A stretch of 64,000 nucleotides of DNA from Thermoplasmatota archaeon (GTDB taxonomy: Archaea; Thermoplasmatota; E2; DHVEG-1): the NCBI GenBank assembly GCA_016927555.1, contig JAFGML010000039.1, positions 9,839 to 73,838 on the forward strand. Direction: 5' to 3'. Each line of letters opens with the position of its first letter. The first letter of the stretch is position 1. Below, piece after piece: positions 30,601-38,532 of the stretch. The notes beneath the pieces were generated by a model that was not told where the DNA came from, made no database searches, and saw nothing but the letters and a program-made list of their open reading frames with translations. A program made the position numbers and the translations under genes.

Positions 30601-30784
30601 GGTCAATTGGTTGGTAGCGCGCAGTCGAATCACTCGTGGTAATTGGCAGACGTAGTTCCTGCTGGTACGACCATGCGGTATTCCATCGAGGCAGTACATC
30701 GTCCTGAGCGGTTCCCGAGAGGCTTACCGCTGGAAGGGCGAGGAGGAGAAGGATGGTTGCTAGCGCTACTGGTGATCTGTGCAT
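27584..30784 (-). CDS. Large extracytoplasmic membrane protein (signal peptide, beta-sandwich/Ig-like repeats, about 5 C-terminal TM helices)
   Basis: 1066-aa ORF; WNTAWSYQQEL N-terminal motif; repeated ITVTDTLG / IPAGEY / LPPARY carboxypeptidase-regulatory-like units; hydrophobic C-terminus. Confidence 0.85.
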   Translation of the reverse strand: MHRSPVALATILLLLALPAVSLSGTAQDDVLPRWNTAWSYQQELRLPITTSDSTARYQPIDLRITFENPCWSEDENRTSIRICCWHHAAWHELESQIYNLKTDSSDPTHITACNVVFLIPTYADGTERYFLYYHDHETTCVQYTDHVSVKDAYYSSSPLPDVSAQATYYGVTEDGCCLYAVGQEGNLLDRSISQVVVKQKKGAHTYDLLGADQIVSFAFSYYYGSKEKDESSSDQTFIDKKIFVDGNLMVQFGIISESKKKDIRTTALYKYYYYPVDDKKIDVSVKHEMLQEATVEGIENIDGRFGSIIQLKSKSASIDALNFGQIPPYLNFYDKNDIIKEYQMNQDPATKDREWIIPFRNDEDLGAEAWLCAGDGKAGKASAVIFSSNKGIVTSGTDEHDGIQIKVTEKEYFNFLGTEVDYASINFGRNSYEPGQSHDIMIPSDLVVNFNAEVYYSEHGGYEAVQHESRVYQTLVQSRSQFGDTPFERQLHQYNLTVITRFGGTHLSFPRLANLTARLFPVMWIELHREGQLIAAGAANRSVFTRASKTFYETLEGEYLVKVFWKRGNSTKMFTGATVVVLDKDKTVIVRCTWQRTITILFLDQQGNGIPGIHGSVTNRDGVLFDDNTTPSTGELLLKVPYNPQDPYTVHAEYKDFVVYDKELQQTLKRYTEDVTLELYTITITVTDTLGLPPGVSVTPMLLTTSEQRAIQLTPADSGEGQFVFERIPAGEYILQLTYGDFIDTQRVTIPNSSDHIRMEFTASFQLTIDLLDSKGNVVTQEGITFVVLRDGLSVTRTQDRIISLPPARYTIQAYCAEELIGEKDLELTNDRHLTFVTTLESLVSLLVSLFLFGLFCFFLGLTLLKKFSVSSLLKCLVILLIAFSFVQPWWQFHGDSLTPPAERHTAMYINPGVMIQQTTYQDRVFLDTEELPDIFLSFLSAMFPLATLVCVSLSIGIIIKRAQKKTYALLLSFVAVCLLLVILFSFYLGTTKLAETSLGTVFGDGTITVSIGDEDIPLQSSWGFSTGFYLVLIGTIIVTCVLAADVRTTLRQKKKWKTQQNSKQK

Positions 30785-30914
30785 ACAGCCTCTTGTGCAA
30801 TATTTATACTGTGTTTCTATATAAAAAGAGTTGTTTTATGAATTTAAGTACTTTTGTACTGAGGCACACTGGTTGTTCTCCTGTTGTTTTAAAAAGGTAC
30901 GTAGGGTCCTAAAG

Positions 30915-31880
30915 TTAAATCGCAGGGATGAAATCGAGCTGTCCTAGTTCACCAAAAATAATTAACGTGGTGAATCCGATGGCGTAGAACAGGTAGGTTA
31001 CGTACATCAGTGACCAAGCCTGGGTATTCTCAAGGGTTTGACTCTTATACTGTTTTAACATTAAATAGAAAATGAGGAAGCTTGGGATGATGAAGATGGT
31101 GAGTGGGAGGAAGTATGCATCGATGAGGTGGTAGTGAATGCAGAAGGGGATGGCGGCGAACGGGATGACAAGGAAGGGTAGGGAGATGTACGCTGCTTTT
31201 TTCAGTCCAAAGGTGTTTATGAGGGTTCGTGTCCCTGTCTTGCGGTCTGCTTCACAGTCGACAATGTCTTTTGTCGTCATGGCTCCCATGAAAAATACGA
31301 GCGCAATCACACCGAAGGTCAAGGGTACAGGGTCGAAGGGGTTGCCGAAGACGCTCCAGGAGGCAAGAATCGCAAACAGTCCTCGGGGGATGGCAATCCA
31401 CGTTTGGTTCACAAAGAGGAAGCGCTTCATGCGTGGGGGGAGAGAGTAGACCACGGTGAACACCATGATGAGGAAGACAAACACTCCGAAATAATTGTTT
31501 ATGGTCACGGCTCGAAGCAAGGCGAACAGGTAGAGGATGTAGGCGATGCTCTGTGCCTCATCCCGTTCCACGACTTTTCTGGGAATAGGACGGTATGGTT
31601 TGGAGATGAGATCGGATTCCAGGTCTGTTGCTTGGTTCAGCGCGTTCGATGCCCCATTGAGAATGGCAAGGGTGAGGCTTGCTTGGCCGATGATAATCCA
31701 CCAGTCGGGGAAGTCCTCGAAGTTGTCGTTGTACACCAAGCTGGCGAACATGATGAACATGGAGACAAAAATAGGTGCCAGGAGGGTGAATGGTCGCAGT
31801 AAATCGATGTACCCCCTTAGTCTTTTTGAAAGGAACCGACTTTTTTTATAGGGTTCCTTCATGGTTAATTTCACGGTCAT
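30915..31880 (-). CDS. UbiA-family prenyltransferase 2 (close paralogue of 1)
   Basis: LLRPFTLLAP, NQATDLESD, KPYRPIPR, YSLPPRMKR, KDIVDCEAD. Confidence 0.93.
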   Translation of the reverse strand: MTVKLTMKEPYKKSRFLSKRLRGYIDLLRPFTLLAPIFVSMFIMFASLVYNDNFEDFPDWWIIIGQASLTLAILNGASNALNQATDLESDLISKPYRPIPRKVVERDEAQSIAYILYLFALLRAVTINNYFGVFVFLIMVFTVVYSLPPRMKRFLFVNQTWIAIPRGLFAILASWSVFGNPFDPVPLTFGVIALVFFMGAMTTKDIVDCEADRKTGTRTLINTFGLKKAAYISLPFLVIPFAAIPFCIHYHLIDAYFLPLTIFIIPSFLIFYLMLKQYKSQTLENTQAWSLMYVTYLFYAIGFTTLIIFGELGQLDFIPAI

Positions 31881-32031
31881 TTCAGCTCCATGAGTCCATT
31901 TTTTAGGTGTGGTAATGAGAGACGTACATTATATTAATTATCCTCAAGACGTATCCAAGAAGAACGATTCATTATTTTTTATATAAATATTACTATTATT
32001 ATTAAAAAAGGTGTACGAACAAGCCGTAGTG

Positions 32032-33408
32032 CTACGGCAACAAATCCTGAAGGGCTAGTGCAGAGTTGATCGCGCAATTGATACCGATGCCTGATGCTTT
32101 GACGCAGTCACCAATGAGGTAGAGGTTATCCACAGGGGTTTGTATGTCGGGTTTGGTGTTTCGAATTGTCTTTTCTACTCCGTCTAAATGCCAGACCGCT
32201 GGGTAGACAGCCCACTGCAGATGAGCGTGATAGTCAGGGATGATGCGTGCGAGGTTTCTATCAAGGGCATGTTTAAGCTTCTTCAATGTTTCTTTCTCCA
32301 CAGCCTCCCGTGGTGTGCAGATGATGTAGGCTTGGACCAGGTAGTGTTCTGGTGGTGAGAGCCCTGTTTCTGGTTTCGCGGAAATAAAATCGATCATGCC
32401 TGCAGCGTCGTTGCCATCGACGCCTATGTCTCGTTCAATGAAAATGAATGTTTTGCCAAGCAATCGAGGATCAATGGTGGTGAGCGCATAGTACGCGCAG
32501 AGACTCCCAGTGCCCTGCAGTGCTTTCATCATCGTGACGTACTCTGGTGGAAAGTGTTCTGTATCAGCTAATGTAAACAGCTGCTGAACGAGAGTATTTG
32601 AGATGACGTAGTCAAACAAGTGCGTGGTCTTGGCGACGATCACACCCTCTGCTCTCTTGTTGCGAATGAGGATTTTCTCCACCGGACTCTTCACGTGGAT
32701 TCTTCCACCGTGTTTCTTGATGTACTCTGCAAGGGTGTCCGAGAGCATCTGAAGACCGTGCTGTGGGTAGAACACACCGCGTAACCGCATGTCTCTTTGT
32801 GTGCGGAACACTTCACCAGTGGAGATGTACTCTAGGTTGTTAATCGTGCTGATCAATCGAGGGTTGAGCTCTAAGACTTCCTTCATTTTTCCTTTGCCGT
32901 ATTTCTGAATAGTCTCTGTCATTGGAATGGCATCCAGACCTTTCATGGTTTTTTCTCCCGCAAGTAACAAACGGACAATATTTGGGATCATGGAGAGTTT
33001 GTCAGCAGTGGTGACAAAATAACCAAAGTGGCTGTTCTTTTGCTCATGCAACCGGGAGTGATAAATGGTGATGTCAGTGAAGTCGTCCTGAAGAGTACTT
33101 CTCAGTTTTTCAATGATGCCTCCCCCAATCATGTGGAATCCAACGTCCAGGGTGTAGCCTTCAAACATCTTTTGACGTACGATTTCCTCCAGGGCCGGTT
33201 CTGAAAACGCGATGTGGGTAAAACTGTTCGAAAGGATTGCCTTGTACGAGTCATGTGTGTGAGATGACATCTGTATGGAGCGGGCTCGTCCACCGACGGT
33301 GTCTTCTCTTTCGAAGATATCGACGGAGTAGCCTTTTTGTATGAGTAGTGCGCCTGCGGTCAACCCACCGATACCTGCACCAATGATACATACTCTTTTT
33401 GTCGTCAT
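32032..33408 (-). CDS. FAD-dependent oxidoreductase, phytoene desaturase (CrtI)-like
   Basis: IIGAGIGGL, GGRARS, GYTLDVG, YPQHG, TPVDNLYLIGD. Confidence 0.85.
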   Translation of the reverse strand: MTTKRVCIIGAGIGGLTAGALLIQKGYSVDIFEREDTVGGRARSIQMSSHTHDSYKAILSNSFTHIAFSEPALEEIVRQKMFEGYTLDVGFHMIGGGIIEKLRSTLQDDFTDITIYHSRLHEQKNSHFGYFVTTADKLSMIPNIVRLLLAGEKTMKGLDAIPMTETIQKYGKGKMKEVLELNPRLISTINNLEYISTGEVFRTQRDMRLRGVFYPQHGLQMLSDTLAEYIKKHGGRIHVKSPVEKILIRNKRAEGVIVAKTTHLFDYVISNTLVQQLFTLADTEHFPPEYVTMMKALQGTGSLCAYYALTTIDPRLLGKTFIFIERDIGVDGNDAAGMIDFISAKPETGLSPPEHYLVQAYIICTPREAVEKETLKKLKHALDRNLARIIPDYHAHLQWAVYPAVWHLDGVEKTIRNTKPDIQTPVDNLYLIGDCVKASGIGINCAINSALALQDLLP

Positions 33409-33421
33409 ATGTCAAGACACC

Positions 33422-34648
33422 CTATGGGACGTCCTTCGTCCTATGAAAGCGGTATTTCAGAGAGCTAATAAAGTACCTTCTGATGATTTTCCACTTGTAC
33501 TCCTGTACACTTAATTCTCCGGTGATGACACGAATGATGAGGTTTGTGAGAATCGGATCTGTGCTTGCTATTTTGAGGACTTGTTCCGCTCGTTGGGTCG
33601 TGTTACGTTTCACAACCGCTGAGATCAAATCAATATCCCTTCCAAATTCTTTCTGCCACCGTGTCTGATATCTCGATAAAAACTCACGTCCGAATTGTCT
33701 TTTCTGAAATGCTTCAGCGATGACACCCGCAGCGATTTCTCCTGAGACCATGGCATAGTAGATACCTTCCCCGGAGAGTGGATTGATAAACCCGGCTGCG
33801 TCACCGACAAGCAGGAGCCGATCAGCATACGTGTGCTCTAAGGGATGCGTCGGTAATGCTCCGCCTTTGAGTGGCGCATCTTGTAGATTTTTCGGTACCA
33901 AATTTGTTTCTTGTAGAAATGCGATATACTCCTTATACGCTTCACGCAGATTCACTTTATGGTTTTGGTCTTGTTTGAATGCTTGAATGACACCAAATCC
34001 AATGTTGAGATGTTCTTTTTTTGGAAACACCCATCCATAGCCTGTGAGAGTCTTGAAGCGTGAATGCACATAGCAGTGTCGAGATGATTTGAAATACTCA
34101 TCCATGGTGGGTTCAGGGACGTGAAATTCCTGCATGAGGCAGACACCTTTTTCTATCCCTGTTTTTTGCAACCCTGATTTTTTTGCAACGATGCTTGAGA
34201 CACCATCAGCACCGATGATGACGTCTGATTCTACGGTTTCACCCTGCTTCGTCATCACCTGTGCTATCTCATCGGTGATGTGGATCGCTGAGACTGGTGT
34301 GTGTGCTTGGAAGACGGCTCCTGCATCTGTCGCACATTTCACAAGTGCAGCATCAAAAGTCCTTCTCAGTACTGTGGCTATCAATGGTGTGGTAGTTTGT
34401 GCTTCAACTCTATACCGAAGTGAAGGAGAAAAAGTGGTTCCACTTGATGAATACGACTCAATGATATTTTCATTCACAACATAGGGGAATCGTTGCAGGA
34501 CTCGTATGGGGAGCCCGCCACCACATGGTTTATCCCGAGGGAATGTTTCCTTATCGAGTAGTAGCGTCTTCAACCCGCGTTCTGCTAGATACTTTGCTGC
34601 GGTTGAACCGGCAGGACCTGCGCCAACGATGGTTACGTCGTATTTCAT
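33422..34648 (-). CDS. Geranylgeranyl reductase-family flavoprotein
   Basis: MKYDVTIVGAGPAGS, FPRDKPCGGG, IGADG, GYGWVFPK, VGDAAGFINPLSGEGIYYA; start set at ATG 34648. Confidence 0.93.
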   Translation of the reverse strand: MKYDVTIVGAGPAGSTAAKYLAERGLKTLLLDKETFPRDKPCGGGLPIRVLQRFPYVVNENIIESYSSSGTTFSPSLRYRVEAQTTTPLIATVLRRTFDAALVKCATDAGAVFQAHTPVSAIHITDEIAQVMTKQGETVESDVIIGADGVSSIVAKKSGLQKTGIEKGVCLMQEFHVPEPTMDEYFKSSRHCYVHSRFKTLTGYGWVFPKKEHLNIGFGVIQAFKQDQNHKVNLREAYKEYIAFLQETNLVPKNLQDAPLKGGALPTHPLEHTYADRLLLVGDAAGFINPLSGEGIYYAMVSGEIAAGVIAEAFQKRQFGREFLSRYQTRWQKEFGRDIDLISAVVKRNTTQRAEQVLKIASTDPILTNLIIRVITGELSVQEYKWKIIRRYFISSLKYRFHRTKDVP

Positions 34649-34667
34649 TCGTCCCCCATCTTTTTTT

Positions 34668-35672
34668 TCACATCCGTGGTTTAAACAATTTTTCTCCAAG
34701 TAAGGGTGTGAAGATAATGTACCAGACAATTGGCACTAGTATCAGGAGGAATGTTGTGACTTCATCGACGATGCACAGCATCATTATGGGGACAATGGCG
34801 TAGCGGACAAACGACTGTACGCCAATGATTTTTCTGATTTTATTTCGATCAAACACCTTGAGGGACAGCAGGGTGACATCAAAGTAGAGTGACAGAATGA
34901 TGAACAAGAACAGCAGGATGAGTTCCCAGAGTTCATAGGAGTAGTGAAACAGAACTGCTGGGAGAAAGAACAAGACTGCTGCGCCCAGGCGAAGTCCCAG
35001 ACCAAAGGCTTGAAACCCCCGCGGGATAACTATCTTTGTTTCTTGGACTTTGACTCCAGAGGTTAGCGCGATGTTGCTTACGTTCATTTTGTAATCATGG
35101 TCTGCGTCCTTAATCCCGTTTTGTACTGCATTCATGTACAAGATGTTTTCAAAGGTGAGTAGGAAGATGATCCAGGTGATGACGTTGGGTTGCCCAAAGG
35201 ACAGGGCGCCAAAGAGAAAGATCAAAGCCACTGATATCGCAACGAGAAAATCAGAGCCAGCGATTTTTTTCCCATAGACGTCATAGGTCGTCCCAAGGAT
35301 GCCTGCGAGGATGATGCAGGTCATGCCTATGAATTTGTAGTAGTCGACAGGTTGGTTGTACCAGAGTAAGGCGATGAAGAAGAAAGCGCAAAACGCGAGC
35401 AGAAACGTAATCATCAACCCGTTTTTTTTTGAGACTTCACCACTCACCAATGGTTTTTTTTTCAACTCATCAACGTGTCGATCGAGTTCGACATCAACGA
35501 TGTCATTGACGAGGAACCCAAAGACACTTGCACACGCCCCAATGATGAACACGAGCGTAAGAGAGTACAGATCAGAGATCCCAATGGTCAGCGCTGCGAT
35601 GACTGGTACAATTCCTAGAGCGCCAATGCCTGGTAAGCGAAGCAGTCGGGCGTACGCAGAGACCTTTAACAT
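34668..35672 (-). CDS. UbiA-family prenyltransferase 3
   Basis: NDIVDVELD, KKPLVSG, YDVYGKK, second motif GIKDADHD; multi-TM. Confidence 0.9.
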   Translation of the reverse strand: MLKVSAYARLLRLPGIGALGIVPVIAALTIGISDLYSLTLVFIIGACASVFGFLVNDIVDVELDRHVDELKKKPLVSGEVSKKNGLMITFLLAFCAFFFIALLWYNQPVDYYKFIGMTCIILAGILGTTYDVYGKKIAGSDFLVAISVALIFLFGALSFGQPNVITWIIFLLTFENILYMNAVQNGIKDADHDYKMNVSNIALTSGVKVQETKIVIPRGFQAFGLGLRLGAAVLFFLPAVLFHYSYELWELILLFLFIILSLYFDVTLLSLKVFDRNKIRKIIGVQSFVRYAIVPIMMLCIVDEVTTFLLILVPIVWYIIFTPLLGEKLFKPRM

Positions 35673-35728
35673 AGAGGTGTGTTAGAAGATTACGATATTT
35701 GAGCTTTTCTCCGTCCTATGGCGTCTTC

Positions 35729-36664
35729 TTAGTGGAAGACTTCGAGGAGGATGAACAGTTGGAACACGATGATCATGACGCGTGTTCCTGTGCGTTCGTA
35801 CCGTTCAAATGCTTTCCATATGCGTTTCTCATCGTTGGTGGATATCACCACTCGATACGTCAGCAGCCAGGTGAGCATCAGTGCTGCAGCGAGTAGCCCT
35901 CCTCCAATGAGGTAGACGGTGCCAAATACTTGAGGCATGTGGACACCTGCCCAGTCGTACGCTGACAACGGGAAGAGAGGGATGAACAGCAGGTAGAACA
36001 GTAAGGCCAGCTGCATTGATCGTTTCCGTCCAAGACGCACAGGTGTTGTTTTGAACCCTGCTTTCAGATCGCCGATGTAGTCCCCGGCACACACCATGAT
36101 TTCTCTGCCTGTTTCTTGGAAGAAGATAGCCAAGGCGAGTGGCAGCATGAGCAGTGGTTGCTCGGGAAACACAGCCAGACCGCCCCAGTAGGGTATCGCG
36201 CCGACGCCGAAGGCAACGGCCATATGGCCGATGAGTCCATGGTGCTTTCCATAGTAGTTGTAGTACAACCCGATGATCACCAGCGCCACGGTGAGCAGGG
36301 CCACCTGCCAGTTGATCTGCCCTGTGTCCGCGTAGTTGACGAAGGCTGCGGCAAAAATCGAGAAGACCATCAAGATAATGCCTGTGTAGTACACTGTTGT
36401 TTCTTTGAGGATTCCTGAGGGGACGGGTTTATGTGGTCGGTTTACTTTATCAGAGTCTAAATCGGTGATGTCGTTGTGAAACATCGTACCTGTCGAGAGG
36501 AGTGCTGGTGCGACTATGAGGAGGAGAAGTTGGACTATAGAGAGGCTGATGTCGTTATAGACGGCACAGTTCAGAGCGCTGACCACAGCTCCAAAGGCAC
36601 ATAGAAAGAGTATCGGTGGGCGAATCATGCGTACCCATGCAACTGCTAAGGTCCCTATGCCCAT
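35729..36664 (-). CDS. UbiA-family prenyltransferase 4 (DGGGP-synthase-like)
   Basis: MIRP, NDITDLDSDKVNRPHKPVPSG, GREIMVCAGDYIGD, TTPVRLG. Confidence 0.9.
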   Translation of the reverse strand: MGIGTLAVAWVRMIRPPILFLCAFGAVVSALNCAVYNDISLSIVQLLLLIVAPALLSTGTMFHNDITDLDSDKVNRPHKPVPSGILKETTVYYTGIILMVFSIFAAAFVNYADTGQINWQVALLTVALVIIGLYYNYYGKHHGLIGHMAVAFGVGAIPYWGGLAVFPEQPLLMLPLALAIFFQETGREIMVCAGDYIGDLKAGFKTTPVRLGRKRSMQLALLFYLLFIPLFPLSAYDWAGVHMPQVFGTVYLIGGGLLAAALMLTWLLTYRVVISTNDEKRIWKAFERYERTGTRVMIIVFQLFILLEVFH

Positions 36665-36739
36665 AGTGCCGTATAATAGAAAACAGCCTTTATTACTTTA
36701 CTGGTTTTGCGTTGCGACCTTCTCGGAGGAGAAATTGTG

Positions 36740-37417
36740 TTACGAGAAACCAGTGTACTCAAACAGTCGGACGAGGGCGCCATGGATGACAAACACGATA
36801 GTCCCTGTAATGGAAATAGAGGTAATGGCAAGGAGCACCTTTCTGTTCTCTGTGAACCGTGATCGTTCGATGAGTAAGGTTGCGACAGACATAAAGAAAA
36901 TCAACACGAACCATCCGATGAAATTCAGAATGGGAACCTCATAGAATCGAATGCCTGTGAGAGATTCTTTCCAGATCCACCAGTTGTTGTAATGGGCGAT
37001 GGGGTCCTCCAGGAGATCGAGACAGACGCCAAAGAGCCCTGCGGTTGCTGAGATCAACAGAATCTGCATGAGATTTCGTTTGTGATAGAGACGGGCAATC
37101 ACATGTCGTCCCATGTTCATGAACAGGAAGAGATTCACACTCCACGCTAGCAAGATAATGAGTGGGACACCGCCATTAACAACCGAGAGATATATGATGT
37201 ACCCTGGGTAGTAGTACCGCTCACTGGCTACTCCCGCTGATTCAATGAATAAGGTGGCGATGATGATAGGCAGGAAGTACATGATAGTCTTTTTCCACCC
37301 GTAGGTTTTGTAGGAGTGAACGACAAGGACGATCCACGCGATAGCGATGATACCAATGAACAGCGCAAGGAGGTTTGTGCCTTCTCCAAACTGTTGGTTG
37401 ATCTCTAGGAATATCAT
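36740..37417 (-). CDS. CruF-like (carotenoid biosynthesis / DUF422) membrane hydratase family protein
   Basis: E..GV....YYY, GVPLIILLAW, DLLEDP.A....WWIW, FYEVPILNFIGW match the CruF/DUF422 signature. Confidence 0.8.
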   Translation of the reverse strand: MIFLEINQQFGEGTNLLALFIGIIAIAWIVLVVHSYKTYGWKKTIMYFLPIIIATLFIESAGVASERYYYPGYIIYLSVVNGGVPLIILLAWSVNLFLFMNMGRHVIARLYHKRNLMQILLISATAGLFGVCLDLLEDPIAHYNNWWIWKESLTGIRFYEVPILNFIGWFVLIFFMSVATLLIERSRFTENRKVLLAITSISITGTIVFVIHGALVRLFEYTGFS

Positions 37418-37421
37418 GGTA

Positions 37422-37754
37422 TTATGACACCTTAGCTCTGGTTGTCTTGTATTTTAACAACAGCATCACGATGAGAGGAATGCTGGCGAGTATCGCTCCC
37501 AGAATCGTTGGGACAAACTGTGAGAGTGCCCCGATGATGATGATCGTAATCCAGATGAACAGGTACAGGACGAAGTAGAGATTGACCTTTCTCTTGAGCA
37601 TGGTTGTATAGTCAGTTGATAAGTTCTCAGGCAGTGGTTCCTCCTGTTTTTTACCAGTAAAAAAGAGGATGAGCGTCACAATGATGCCAGTGATCCCTAA
37701 GGGGAGGAACAGGAGAATGTTATCCAGGATGTATTGGACGACAGTGTTCTGCAT
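37422..37754 (-). CDS. Small membrane protein (3 TM)
   Basis: Three hydrophobic segments; ends 4 bp before the CruF-like start. Confidence 0.7.
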   Translation of the reverse strand: MQNTVVQYILDNILLFLPLGITGIIVTLILFFTGKKQEEPLPENLSTDYTTMLKRKVNLYFVLYLFIWITIIIIGALSQFVPTILGAILASIPLIVMLLLKYKTTRAKVS

Positions 37755-37892
37755 GGGTCTCTACAGGTGCTGTAACCTCTGTAATGTTTAATAGTTTTCT
37801 TGTCAAATGTTTTTTTTTGTATCACTCGATAATCCCTCTTCGCTCCGTCCAAAACATATTCTTATAAATAGTGACGCTTATCCACGCTCTAT

Positions 37893-38531
37893 ATGATTAT
37901 TACAAAACAAAAAGATGTTGAGACACTAGTAAAAAATCTGTCTGGTAGAACAGTGTTTCTCGTTGGGTGCAGTGAATGCGCAACGCTCTGTCACACAGGT
38001 GGTGAGGGGGAAGTGGTGTCGTTAAAGACAGTACTTGAGAGCCATGACATTGTGGTCTCTGGCTGGGTTGTGTTGGATCCTGCTTGTCATCTGATGAACG
38101 ATAAGCGGATGCTGAAGACGTATGACCAGCAGGTGCGTTCAGCTGAGGTGATTCTGGTTCTTGCGTGTGGCAACGGAGTGCAAACGGTCGCTGAACTGTT
38201 TCCCACAAAAGAGGTGCGAGCAGGTACAGATACGATGTTTTTAGGGGAGATTTCTCGGACTACCGAGTTTGATAAACGATGTATAATATGTGGGGAGTGC
38301 CTCTTGGATTCTTTTGGTGGCCTTTGTCCACTTTCCCGTTGTCCGAAGTTGATGCTGAATGGCCCCTGTGGTGGATCTGTTGGTGGGAAGTGTGAGGTGG
38401 ATTCGACGATGGAGTGTGTCTGGGACACCATCTATCAGAAAGCAAAACAACAAGGAAATCTTGACCAGCTTGCTGTTCTTCAACCACCGAAGGATTGGTC
38501 GAAGTCCTTGGAGATGAAACGGAGACTCTGA
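37893..38531 (+). CDS. metV: Methylenetetrahydrofolate reductase small Cys-rich subunit (MTHFR_C domain)
   Basis: GCSECATLCHTGG, ACGNGVQ, CIICGEC, CPLSRCPK..LNGPCGG...GKCEV....CVW; abuts metF. Confidence 0.9.
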   Translation: MIITKQKDVETLVKNLSGRTVFLVGCSECATLCHTGGEGEVVSLKTVLESHDIVVSGWVVLDPACHLMNDKRMLKTYDQQVRSAEVILVLACGNGVQTVAELFPTKEVRAGTDTMFLGEISRTTEFDKRCIICGECLLDSFGGLCPLSRCPKLMLNGPCGGSVGGKCEVDSTMECVWDTIYQKAKQQGNLDQLAVLQPPKDWSKSLEMKRRL

Positions 38532-38532
38532 C

